DNA of 64,000 nucleotides from Eledone cirrhosa. Its lineage: Eukaryota. The DNA is taken from assembly GCA_964016885.1 (NCBI GenBank), contig OZ024741.1, positions 299,150,001-299,214,000 of the forward strand, read 5' to 3'. The position numbers were made by a program, and so were the translations under genes. Positions 13,500 through 26,154 of this stretch are shown here, piece after piece (position 1 is the stretch's first letter; each line of letters begins with the position of its first letter). The notes beneath the pieces were generated by a model. The model saw only the letters and a program-made list of their open reading frames with translations, made no database searches and was not told the origin of the DNA.

Positions 13500-13980
13500 A
13501 TGAAAATTTAAAGCTTTAACGTATTTTCCTTAAATAGAAGGCTGACATGTGAGGTGTCACAAAATACGAATAGAAATATGAAATTTAGGAGGAAATCAAT
13601 ATGAGGTATTTGAAGGACAAGGATATTCAGAAATACGTGGAAGTAAAGTCTGAGAGAAGGTGGAAACAATGAGGGGTAACAAATCAACAAAAAAGAAGGG
13701 GAGAATCTAAAAACGATAGTTGATAGATGGGTCCGATATTAAGAAGTGATGAGGTTGTATATATCGCGATGTATCGTTAGTGTTACAAATGAAAATATAT
13801 TGTGAAGAAGAAAAAAGGAACGAGGAAATCTAAAATGGGCGAAAAAAATTAAAAATTCGCCGAAAGAGTAATCAATCGTTACAGAAATAATAATTGGGTC
13901 GAAGAAACATATTTGTAGCACAATTAAGGAAGGTGAAAATAAAAAAGGAAGTCTAAGCAAAGTATTTATTGGGAATGACA
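13500..13980 (-). mobile_element. Possible degenerate Penelope-like RT fragment
   Basis: FLLHNIFSF..HRDIYNL and LYFHVFLNILVL resemble PLE RT motifs (N.F.F...Y.Q..G; YFRYVDDILV). Confidence 0.3.
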
Positions 13981-13987
13981 ACTAAGA

Positions 13988-14114
13988 ACAAATTGAAGTG
14001 AAAGCAACTGGTACGTGTGTTTCTTATTGGCAACATGACCCTCCCAAAGTATAACAATATCGGTTTCAACACACGTTTTCAGATAAAGAATCTTGCTAAA
14101 CAAATTCAGAAACG

Positions 14115-14117
<3 letters not shown>
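13988..14117. repeat. Dispersed (TA)n-associated repeat, Penelope-terminal-like
   Basis: tttcttattggcaacatgaccctcccaaagtataaca is shared with 19870-20148 and 62263-62720; always abuts (TA)n. Confidence 0.75.
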
Positions 14118-14173
<56 letters not shown>

Positions 14174-14832
14174 TGTATGTATGTATGTATGTATGTATGT
14201 ATATATATACTTGTGTATGTGAATGTGTTTGCAAATACGAATACACACATACACACGCATGCACACATATACACATATAGTATCGTTACAACAGTAGATA
14301 ACAGCTGTTGAGAGTTAGTCTTAAGTGATCGGTAATTGAGCAATAATGGTGCGTAATATTTCGTTCAGCAAGCTGTTGATACGTAGTTCGTTTCCTGGCA
14401 GTCGGCCATTTTTAACTTCCTGTCTCAAATTGGCTTTTACAATCGTCTCAGAACATTATACTGATTAATACCTCTTAGCATTGAGAAAGTAGAAATTAGT
14501 TAATAATAATCCATATCCTAATGTTAATTTGAAATGTTTACTTCAAATACTTTTTACTTAATTATTAGGTGTGCATAATTAATATTTCACAAGAGGAAGC
14601 ATTTGGATGTTACGACGTTTCTGTATTTCCCTTGAGTATTTTAACCAGAAGTGAAGAAACGTATTAACATCAAAGAGGAATGGTAATAGTGTTAGTGTCT
14701 CGGACATTAAACAGCTTGCTTCATACACATTATGAGTCTCAGTAGTAAAGAGGGTGGAAATGACAAGTTACCATTATTTACTCTCCTTCTCTCCCTCTCT
14801 CCCACTCTCTCTCTCCTTTTCTTTCTCTCATT

Positions 14833-15078
14833 CTAAAGCAGTGAATAATTGTTTCTACTTTAGGCACAAGGCCAGCAAATACCCAATACATTACTGGTAC
14901 TTTATTTTATCGACCCCGTAGAATGAAGCAAAGTTAACCTCGGCGGCATTTGAACTCAAACCGTAAAGGGACGTTTGAGTTCAAATCCCGCCGAGGTTAA
15001 CTTTGCCTTTCATCCTTACGGGGTCGATAAAATAAAGTACCAGTAATGTACTGGGTATTTGCTAAAGCAGTGAATAAT
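14833..15078. mobile_element. Head-to-head inverted SINE insertion with 17-bp TSD
   Basis: CTAAAGCAGTGAATAAT at 14833-14849 and 15062-15078 flanks SINE(-) 14850-14972 joined to SINE(+) 14974-15063. Confidence 0.9.
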
Positions 15079-17290
15079 GAAGTATACTTAAAGCGTTTTC
15101 TTTTTCACAGAGATTAAATACTTAAAAATAAGTAAATAAGTTTGCTTTTTACAAAAAAAAAAATATAGTAGTTTTTTCATTGTGTATTTTTCTTCGATAA
15201 ATTGGCTTTCGATTACATTGAAATAGTCATCTCCATACACTTGCTATATCTGATCAAACAATTTGAAAGTTAGTAATCACGTTTTACAAATCACTACGTG
15301 ATTTATTCTCGTGGTTTTCAGGCGCCGGGGTAATGGTTGGAGTAGGGGAAGAGGAAATATATATATTTAAAATATTTCTCATATAATTTACAAATGAGGC
15401 GTTTTATTATATATTTCGTCTGTACCTCATATTAATAAAATATATCGTTAATGTTATTGGCGTTGTTATTCTTAAATTAGTTCCTGTATTTGCTTTTTTA
15501 TGTTTTGTGATATATTCTTGTTTTTGTTGGTGTTTTATTAACATTGCTTTATGTTGTTCTCTAAGAGATTCTGTTTCTGCTTTAAACACCATACTTGTTT
15601 CAATATATAAAGCAATAATATAAATTGTGTTACCAATATATAAAAATCATATAGCCAGTTAATAGGTGACTAAGCACATTAGGGGCAATTAATAGAACAG
15701 TTACAAAAGGCACTTCAATACATGTAAAACTGACGTCCGAACGAGTATCCTCCACTACCAACTAAGTTACGCACCGCCTCTGAGTCGTAGCCAACAGGGT
15801 GAAGAATGCGTTGCCTCTGAGAACGACGAGGTAGACGCACTTAAACAGCCATTCCATCTCGTGGGGCTCGCACCTCCGGTGGCCAACTCCACTCTGATTA
15901 TTCATATTGCAGTTATTTTGTAGTTACGATTGGGGTTCTGATCATTTTTTTTTTGTTGCTATTACTGCTGCTATTGTCAATATCTATATTATCATTATTG
16001 TTGATTTACCTAGTCATCCTTACGGGGTCGATGCAATAAACTACCAGTAACGTACTAGGGTCAATATAATTGGTTTTCCCTCCCCCAAAATTGCTGGCCT
16101 TCTACTTAAATCAGTAACAACTAATGTTGATATACTTGTGGTTCGTCTTGTTTTTTTAGCCACAGTTCAACATTTGCCTAATACATATGATCAAAGGCAT
16201 TCTAAACGCGACCGCACACTATCTTCTGAATGGTTCTAGGACTATATTACCCAGTGTGTCTTAAGTGTAATGTATTTGTAGGTCATGTATCACACAAAGG
16301 ATCTCTCGTTAGCATTTTGTTATTGTTGCCGTTGTTGTTCTCCTTACTATTGTTGATGGTTTTATCACCATTACTGCTTCTACTGCAACTGCTGCTGTTA
16401 CTAATGTTGCTGCAACACTTGTTATCATTGTTTTGTTTTTCTCGTTGACGTTGTAGTCGATCAGACATCTTTGAGTCAACTTCTAATGAGCGACGATCTG
16501 TCCATGACTTTCACATCAATCTTTGTATGTCATGCACGCCATTAACCAATGGGACTTGGGTGTTTAAAAAGAACTTGTGATTTGTGTGAACTTGACTTCT
16601 ATTTCTTGTCTGCCAAGTGGTTGTAAAAGTCTCTCGCATAAGTTTGTGGCTTCAGTTTATGCCACTGATTCAAGATTGTAATACATATGCTGCTAATATA
16701 TTCCAATCAGTATTACTGCATCTACAACTAAATTGCCTATTGTCTCCTATCTGTAAGATGATTTGCTATAATTTAAAGAAGAATTAGTTACTATTTCTAG
16801 CGAATCAAATAAACACCTAATGCTTTCGTTGTTGGAGCAAGTATTTTCTCCGTTTTTATTATTTCTATGTACCTGATTGCGATTCATGTTACTATATCAT
16901 GGTTGTTATTGCTATATTTCTCTTGGTCATCTCATTGTATATGCCGTATAAAGAATATCTTATTCCAAGTCGTGTGTGTGAGAGAGAGAAGCGTGTGGCA
17001 GAGTCATGGGAGAGGGGGAGGACGATAGGGGGAGAAAAAGATGAGGAACCGACTCCAGTATTGAATTTATCTCTCTCGAAAAGATGAATGATTAACATAT
17101 TCACAACGGACTTGAAAGCCTCACACACAGACGGGGTGCAGAAAGCCTCACCAAATCCCGTGAAGTATTCTATCAGCTGACTTATGAAATAATAAGCCAC
17201 TTATCTCTATATGTATATCTATATCTATCTATCTATCTATCTATCTGTCTCTCTCTGTCTACACACACGCACACACACACATATATATAT

Positions 17291-17344
<54 letters not shown>

Positions 17345-17624
17345 GTGTCTGTGTGTGTGTGTGTCCGTATTTCCTCTCTCACAATTTTACTAAAATGATT
17401 TAATCTTCTCCTGCTACTCATCATGTCCCCTATAACATTCGATCGTTTCATCTTTGTAATTATGTGATGCCTAACACTCGGATAGATGCTGAAATTGGAG
17501 AGAAAATAATGCGAACGAGTTGACCGTGACAATGGACGTTTCTGTACATATTTTGTGTTAAAATGCAGATAACTGTATTATATACATCGTTTTCTTTGTA
17601 AATGAATATGTAGTAGCCAAACAT

Positions 17625-18165
17625 TTGCTGGAGGCTGGCTTGTGCATCAACATCTCCAAACGAAAGTGTATAACAACTGATAAAAACAATGCCAATCTCC
17701 AGCTCACGATCTACAACCAGAAAATTGATCACGTTCACAAACTATCATCAAACAACAATGGAATGGTTGCTGCGCAATATCGAATCGCTCTAGGTTGGGC
17801 AGCTTTCAACAAGAACAAGGAAGTACTAACATCAAAATGAGTTTCCTATCATTTGAAGCCTAACATCTTTGATACTTACATCCTACCAGTTGTGTTATAT
17901 GGTCTTGACTGTGTTAATTGGGCGACAAGGTCACTTCAGGAGCTCTCAACATTCCAGAAACACATCATGAGACTTATGAATGACAAGCGGCTCAGCGACC
18001 ATATCTGTATCAGTAAGCTGCTCAACATTACCAAACTTAGACCAATTACATCAATTGTCAAGTCAAGAGTACTCAAACTATACGGTCATATAAAAAGATC
18101 AAGTTGTGCTGTGAGTAGGTTATGTCTGGAAGGAAGGTTGGCTGGTAAGAGAAGCAGAGGCCCGG
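17625..18165 (+). mobile_element. Degenerate RTE-clade LINE RT C-terminal fragment
   Basis: GLCINISK.K, RIALGWAAF, ILPVVLYGLD, LKLYGHIKR, EGRLAGKRSRG; interrupted by a stop and deletions. Confidence 0.8.
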
Positions 18166-18547
18166 CAGTCAAAATGATAGCTGGATAATGTCTACCTGTG
18201 GACCGGTCTTGACTTTTGATCTTTAAACTTTGCTGTTGGTGATCGAACTTTGTGGAGAAAAATATCTCATGTTGATGCACAATCTGCAACTGGCAGTGTT
18301 TAGCGTCAAGGTAGTAGTACCAATGTATACATTGTTTCGAGTTATTTGGATGTTTTATATCTTCACCCAAACATATACATGCTTGTATGCATTTAACTAT
18401 ATTTGTGTGTGTTTGATTGTAAACTTTCAACCACTTTGCGTACAATTTTATCTACCTACATACAGATGACTTTGTATTGATGTGTTTTCATATATATTTG
18501 CAGGTGTGACTGTAGAAGTTATATTCAATTTTCATAAATATATATGT

Positions 18548-18600
18548 ACGAAATAAATCTTTTCTGACATCAGTCCTGGAACTTTTGTGACACACCCCGT
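18548..18600. mobile_element. Solo mariner terminal inverted repeat
   Basis: gaaataaatcttttctgacatcagtcctggaacttttgtgacacaccccg|ta matches the TIR at ~30311-30360. Confidence 0.75.
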
Positions 18601-18887
18601 ATATATTTTCTAATTCACACATTTGTTTTCATTATGTCTCAATCTCTAGACACCACAGTATCTATTTGCTTATCATAGGGTCCCGGTTTCCATCCTCGAG
18701 CGTGGCATGTAAAGCCAGTGCCATACCATCGTAAGAACCCAAGGCTTGACGGGGAAATAGGTTAGGTGGAAACTATTTGAGAACTCGTTCTATATAGTGT
18801 ACTCATAATTCAGAGGGTCAACCTTATCACGCAATACGTCACGCCTAATCTCCATGAAAGAACGTTCCTTTTACACATTTGTGGAAT

Positions 18888-19162
18888 ATATATATATCTA
18901 GGGCGGGTAAAATTCCCGAGATCCATGGACGAGTTCTCTCCAGCGGTCTCTGTCCCTCATTATCGCTGCCATGTCCTGCATCTCCAACAGATTAGTGTCT
19001 GTCCTTAGGGCATCAACATACGTTAACCTTGGTCTTCCTCTTCCAGTGTGTCCATGTAGGGGCTCCCACAGGAGCACTGAGTGCAATGTCAACTCTGGAT
19101 GTCGGTGAGCATCTCCAGCTAACCTCAGTCTCCTCTGTGTCACTTTTGAGCTGACTTTTGGA
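18888..19162 (-). mobile_element. RTE LINE 3' fragment, same family as 56010-59281
   Basis: RLRLAGDAHRHPE..GRGRPRLTYVD..REFYPP* is near-identical to the 56018 ORF end; (TA)n follows the stop directly. Confidence 0.92.
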
Positions 19163-19611
19163 GAATTATTACATACTTACACACATACATATATATGTGT
19201 GTGTGTAATATTCTCAATTCATCTTCTAACAATGAGGTTTTCAACTCCACCATTTTCAACGGCTGTAAGTCCATTAGCGCTAGCTTCAAATTTCACATTG
19301 ATTGTTTTCTCTCGTGTGAATGTCCGTTAGCGTTATTATGTTTCACTTTTACTTTAATTCAGTTAACGTTTTAACAAATTTTACAGACCTTTTATCATTG
19401 CTTCATTTATAACTCGACATTCCAAAGAGAATTAATGAAACCACTTCATCATCCTTTAAATTTCGATTGTATATATTTAAAGAAAATACTTTTCCACAAT
19501 GCACACACACACATACATACATATTTATACATACATACCTATATATATACAAACACGCACACATACATTTATATATTACACACACACATACACATACACA
19601 CACACACACAC

Positions 19612-19672
<61 letters not shown>

Positions 19673-19675
<3 letters not shown>

Positions 19676-19745
19676 CTATCTGAAGAACGACTTCGGACGC
19701 TTCTGTTAGAATCGCCTGACTTCGTGAAACCTTGGGTAATGGGGA
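19673..19745 (+). ncRNA. Putative type I hammerhead ribozyme
   Basis: tttctat-CTGAAGA-acga...tcgt-GAAA-cc ttg gg-TA-atgggga: helix I with several G-U pairs, helix II acga/tcgt, helix III, GUA cleavage triplet. Embedded between TA tracts. Confidence 0.55.
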
Positions 19746-19869
19746 TAAGTATATATAATATATATATATATTTAATATATATATATATATATATATATAT
19801 TTAATATATATATATAATATATATATATATATAAGTTTATCCCGGGTTCGATCGGTAATCATGTTTTTG

Positions 19870-20148
19870 TGTGTGTTGTCAACACACACACAAAAACAAG
19901 ATGGCGTAGGACAGAACAAAGGATAGGCACAAAAAATAAAGAAAAGGATCCCCAGTCACTGAAGTGGTCACATAATGTGTGACGAAAGAACTTTGACAAT
20001 ATATGAACAATCATCTGGTCGTGCAACCAACTAACCAACAGGAAATGTATAAATTCCTAAATTTATAAATTTAATTTATAATAAATTGAAGTGAAACAAA
20101 TGGTGCGCGTGTTTCTTATTGGCAACATGACCCTCCCAAAGTATAACA
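19870..20148. repeat. Dispersed (TA)n-associated repeat, Penelope-terminal-like
   Basis: Near-identical to ~62455-62720. Confidence 0.8.
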
Positions 20149-20174
20149 GTATATATATATATATATATACATAC

Positions 20175-20348
20175 AAATTTAAATAATGTTAAAGGCCATA
20201 CAATGCATTATAAAATTAAAAGTGCCAAAATAACAATATCATTTTACCTTAGAAAATTTAATTAAATTTGCTTAGGTAAGATTATATTGTTATCTTGGCA
20301 CCTTTAATTTTATAATGTATTGTATGGCTTTTAAAATTATTTAAATTT
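20175..20348. repeat. Imperfect palindrome (~75-85 bp arms)
   Basis: aaatttaaataatgttaaaggccatacaatg... is mirrored by ...tattgtatggcttttaaaattatttaaattt. Confidence 0.85.
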
Positions 20349-20619
20349 ACATTTAAATTCAACAATGCTTCAAGCAAACTAGAACACTGATATATCTATA
20401 AAAAAATGAAGTTTTTTTTTTTAATAAAAAAAACCAAAAACGAGTGAAAGTATAAGGAAAAGAAATCGAAAATGCAACTTGAGTCCTTTTAAGAATATTT
20501 ATTTGTTTCCTTTACCGGTTTCACAGTTCTCATGCTTTTCAAAAGTAAAATTTAAACGGAGGGTCTTGATTTTTCTCGCATCTGGTTGGTCTTCGAATGT
20601 CATTTCTGTTTTATGTGGA

Positions 20620-20965
20620 AATAAGTGGCTCGAATTGCTGTTTTTTTTTCTTTAAATTATTTTGTTGGTTGATAACTACCACGTGAATAAGTATAATAAA
20701 TTTCGCGCCAGTTCGTGTTACAAAGTTCTTATTGTATTTACCTTTAAAAATGTGGCTCAAATTGTTGGTTTTTTAAAAATATATTAGTGAAATTTTGTTG
20801 GTTAGTGACTCACGTGAACATCAACTTTCGCGCCAGTTCACGTTTGAGAGTTCTTTATTGCCATTTTTACTGAAAAATGTGGCTCAAATTGATTTTTTTA
20901 ATAAATGTAATTAGGTTGGTTGACGATTGTCACGTGAATAAGTATATCAGATTTCACACCAGTTC
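20620..20965. repeat. Diverged tandem repeat, ~125 bp x3
   Basis: gtggctc(g/a)aattg ... cacgtgaa ... tttcgcgccagttc recurs three times. Confidence 0.7.
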
Positions 20966-21636
20966 ATATATATATAACGGAAATTTTAACCTACTAAATT
21001 CTACTTCATATACATACATACAACTTATTGTTATTTACACTTCATCTCCGACCATCTGAGTTGTGTATGTTTAAAGGTTCTATATCCACGACAACCATAT
21101 AATATTGTAACATACATGTGACATTATAATTTATGCTTTACCTCCGGACATAAATAAAAGATAAATTAAGTAACTTAGGACTATCCACAACACTAAATGG
21201 TATGGTAATAATATAATAATATTATAAAATATAATATAAAACATAGCTACTACATCCGTCAATCACAACCGAATTTAATTTGGCTGTATGTATCATGTTT
21301 ATACTAAAGTTAGGGTTTTAGGTATCTATTCTGTCGCAAGTAATTTAGGACAGCCTAACAACATTCCCTTCTTTAATACAGAGGAGCAAACAGGATGTGA
21401 GAGTCGAAACGTGGGTGGGCTGCATCAGCTTTAGAATTGTACTTTAATATGTTCAGAAAGGATAAATGGCAAAATAGAACTCAGAAGACTGGGACCAAGA
21501 ACACGTATCCAACATGCTAACAACTCTGTAAAAACGACTGTCTAGATAGTAGTATAATAAATACTTATACCACAACACATTGTTTAGTATTTCACACCAC
21601 ATGCAAGTATACTTACATACATACATATATACAATA

Positions 21637-21674
<38 letters not shown>

Positions 21675-21680
<6 letters not shown>

Positions 21681-24600
21681 ATAAATGCTCTGAAATAGCG
21701 ATATATATGTGAATATAGACATAGAATATTCGAAAATATTCTGTATGTTTATAATAAACATTTTGAAGACCTAATCGCTATAGAATAGAATACGTCACGT
21801 ATTACAATTAGATTCTCGATAAAAGCAAGGGAAGTAATCTACGCGTTTCATTCTCGTTAGAAATCATCAGGACTACATATCCAGTGCTTTTATCGAGAAT
21901 GACACAGCTAGAGACTTATAGAATACTTAGCTGTGTACAGGAACTGGTTTGAAAGAGCGGTTGCCGGTCCGGCAGAAATTAGAAATTGGAATAAATGCTC
22001 TGAAATAGCGATATATATGTGAATATAGACATAGAATATTCGAAAATATTCTGTATGTTTATAATAAACATTTTGAAGACCTAATCGCTATAGAATAGAA
22101 TACGTCACGTATTACAATTAGATTCTCGATAAAAGCAAGGGAAGTAATCTACGCGTTTCATTCTCGTTAGAAATCATCAGGACTACATATCCAGTGCTTT
22201 TATCGAGAATGACACAGCTAGAGACTTATAGAATACTTAGCTGTGTACAGGAACTGGTTTGAAAGAGCGGTTGCCGGTCCGGCAGAAATTAGAAATTGGA
22301 ATAAATGCTCTGAAATAGCGATATATATGTGAATATAGACATAGAATATTCGAAAATATTCTGTATGTTTATAATAAACATTTTGAAGACCTAATCGCTA
22401 TAGAATAGAATACGTCACGTATTACAATTAGATTCTCGATAAAAGCAAGGGAAGTAATCTACGCGTTTCATTCTCGTTAGAAATCATCAGGACTACATAT
22501 CCAGTGCTTTTATCGAGAATGACACAGCTAGAGACTTATAGAATACTTAGCTGTGTACAGGAACTGGTTTGAAAGAGCGGTTGCCGGTCCGGCAGAAATT
22601 AGAAATTGGAATAAATGCTCTGAAATAGCGATATATATGTGAATATAGACATAGAATATTCGAAAATATTCTGTATGTTTATAATAAACATTTTGAAGAC
22701 CTAATCGCTATAGAATAGAATACGTCACGTATTACAATTAGATTCTCGATAAAAGCAAGGGAAGTAATCTACGCGTTTCATTCTCGTTAGAAATCATCAG
22801 GACTACATATCCAGTGCTTTTATCGAGAATGACACAGCTAGAGACTTATAGAATACTTAGCTGTGTACAGGAACTGGTTTGAAAGAGCGGTTGCCGGTCC
22901 GGCAGAAATTAGAAATTGGAATAAATGCTCTGAAATAGCGATATATATGTGAATATAGACATAGAATATTCGAAAATATTCTGTATGTTTATAATAAACA
23001 TTTTGAAGACCTAATCGCTATAGAATAGAATACGTCACGTATTACAATTAGATTCTCGATAAAAGCAAGGGAAGTAATCTACGCGTTTCATTCTCGTTAG
23101 AAATCATCAGGACTACATATCCAGTGCTTTTATCGAGAATGACACAGCTAAGTATTCTATAAGTCTCTAGCTGTGTCATTCTCGATAAAAGCACTGGATA
23201 TGTAGTCCTGATGATTTCTAACGAGAATGAAACGCGTAGATTACTTCCCTTGCTTTTATCGAGAATCTAATTGTAATACGTGACGTATTCTATTCTATAG
23301 CGATTAGGTCTTCAAAATGTTTATTATAAACATACAGAATATTTTCGAATATTCTATGTCTATATTCACATATATATCGCTATTTCAGAGCATTTATTCC
23401 AATTTCTAATTTCTGCCGGACCGGCAACCGCTCTTTCAAACCAGTTCCTGTACACAGCTAAGTATTCTATAAGTCTCTAGCTGTGTCATTCTCGATAAAA
23501 GCACTGGATATGTAGTCCTGATGATTTCTAACGAGAATGAAACGCGTAGATTACTTCCCTTGCTTTTATCGAGAATCTAATTGTAATACGTGACGTATTC
23601 TATTCTATAGCGATTAGGTCTTCAAAATGTTTATTATAAACATACAGAATATTTTCGAATATTCTATGTCTATATTCACATATATATCGCTATTTCAGAG
23701 CATTTATTCCAATTTCTAATTTCTGCCGGACCGGCAACCGCTCTTTCAAACCAGTTCCTGTACACAGCTAAGTATTCTATAAGTCTCTAGCTGTGTCATT
23801 CTCGATAAAAGCACTGGATATGTAGTCCTGATGATTTCTAACGAGAATGAAACGCGTAGATTACTTCCCTTGCTTTTATCGAGAATCTAATTGTAATACG
23901 TGACGTATTCTATTCTATAGCGATTAGGTCTTCAAAATGTTTATTATAAACATACAGAATATTTTCGAATATTCTATGTCTATATTCACATATATATCGC
24001 TATTTCAGAGCATTTATTCCAATTTCTAATTTCTGCCGGACCGGCAACCGCTCTTTCAAACCAGTTCCTGTACACAGCTAAGTATTCTATAAGTCTCTAG
24101 CTGTGTCATTCTCGATAAAAGCACTGGATATGTAGTCCTGATGATTTCTAACGAGAATGAAACGCGTAGATTACTTCCCTTGCTTTTATCGAGAATCTAA
24201 TTGTAATACGTGACGTATTCTATTCTATAGCGATTAGGTCTTCAAAATGTTTATTATAAACATACAGAATATTTTCGAATATTCTATGTCTATATTCACA
24301 TATATATCGCTATTTCAGAGCATTTATTCCAATTTCTAATTTCTGCCGGACCGGCAACCGCTCTTTCAAACCAGTTCCTGTACACAGCTAAGTATTCTAT
24401 AAGTCTCTAGCTGTGTCATTCTCGATAAAAGCACTGGATATGTAGTCCTGATGATTTCTAACGAGAATGAAACGCGTAGATTACTTCCCTTGCTTTTATC
24501 GAGAATCTAATTGTAATACGTGACGTATTCTATTCTATAGCGATTAGGTCTTCAAAATGTTTATTATAAACATACAGAATATTTTCGAATATTCTATGTC

Positions 24601-26154
24601 TATATTCACATATATATCGCTATTTCAGAGCATTTATTCCAATTTCTAATTTCTGCCGGACCGGCAACCGCTCTTTCAAACCAGTTCCTGTACACAGCTA
24701 AGTATTCTATAAGTCTCTAGCTGTGTCATTCTCGATAAAAGCACTGGATATGTAGTCCTGATGATTTCTAACGAGAATGAAACGCGTAGATTACTTCCCT
24801 TGCTTTTATCGAGAATCTAATTGTAATACGTGACGTATTCTATTCTATAGCGATTAGGTCTTCAAAATGTTTATTATAAACATACAGAATATTTTCGAAT
24901 ATTCTATGTCTATATTCACATATATATCGCTATTTCAGAGCATTTATTCCAATTTCTAATTTCTGCCGGACCGGCAACCGCTCTTTCAAACCAGTTCCTG
25001 TACACAGCTAAGTATTCTATAAGTCTCTAGCTGTGTCATTCTCGATAAAAGCACTGGATATGTAGTCCTGATGATTTCTAACGAGAATGAAACGCGTAGA
25101 TTACTTCCCTTGCTTTTATCGAGAATCTAATTGTAATACGTGACGTATTCTATTCTATAGCGATTAGGTCTTCAAAATGTTTATTATAAACATACAGAAT
25201 ATTTTCGAATATTCTATGTCTATATTCACATATATATCGCTATTTCAGAGCATTTATTCCAATTTCTAATTTCTGCCGGACCGGCAACCGCTCTTTCAAA
25301 CCAGTTCCTGTACACAGCTAAGTATTCTATAAGTCTCTAGCTGTGTCATTCTCGATAAAAGCACTGGATATGTAGTCCTGATGATTTCTAACGAGAATGA
25401 AACGCGTAGATTACTTCCCTTGCTTTTATCGAGAATCTAATTGTAATACGTGACGTATTCTATTCTATAGCGATTAGGTCTTCAAAATGTTTATTATAAA
25501 CATACAGAATATTTTCGAATATTCTATGTCTATATTCACATATATATCGCTATTTCAGAGCATTTATTCCAATTTCTAATTTCTGCCGGACCGGCAACCG
25601 CTCTTTCAAACCAGTTCCTGTACACAGCTAAGTATTCTATAAGTCTCTAGCTGTGTCATTCTCGATAAAAGCACTGGATATGTAGTCCTGATGATTTCTA
25701 ACGAGAATGAAACGCGTAGATTACTTCCCTTGCTTTTATCGAGAATCTAATTGTAATACGTGACGTATTCTATTCTATAGCGATTAGGTCTTCAAAATGT
25801 TTATTATAAACATACAGAATATTTTCGAATATTCTATGTCTATATTCACATATATATCGCTATTTCAGAGCATTTATTCCAATTTCTAATTTCTGCCGGA
25901 CCGGCAACCGCTCTTTCAAACCAGTTCCTGTACACAGCTAAGTATTCTATAAGTCTCTAGCTGTGTCATTCTCGATAAAAGCACTGGATATGTAGTCCTG
26001 ATGATTTCTAACGAGAATGAAACGCGTAGATTACTTCCCTTGCTTTTATCGAGAATCTAATTGTAATACGTGACGTATTCTATTCTATAGCGATTAGGTC
26101 TTCAAAATGTTTATTATAAACATACAGAATATTTTCGAATATTCTATGTCTATA

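Noticed and set aside
16892-17200. ORF as another exon of the GPCR
   Set aside because: No GPR158-family motifs recognised; contains low-complexity GA repeat sequence.
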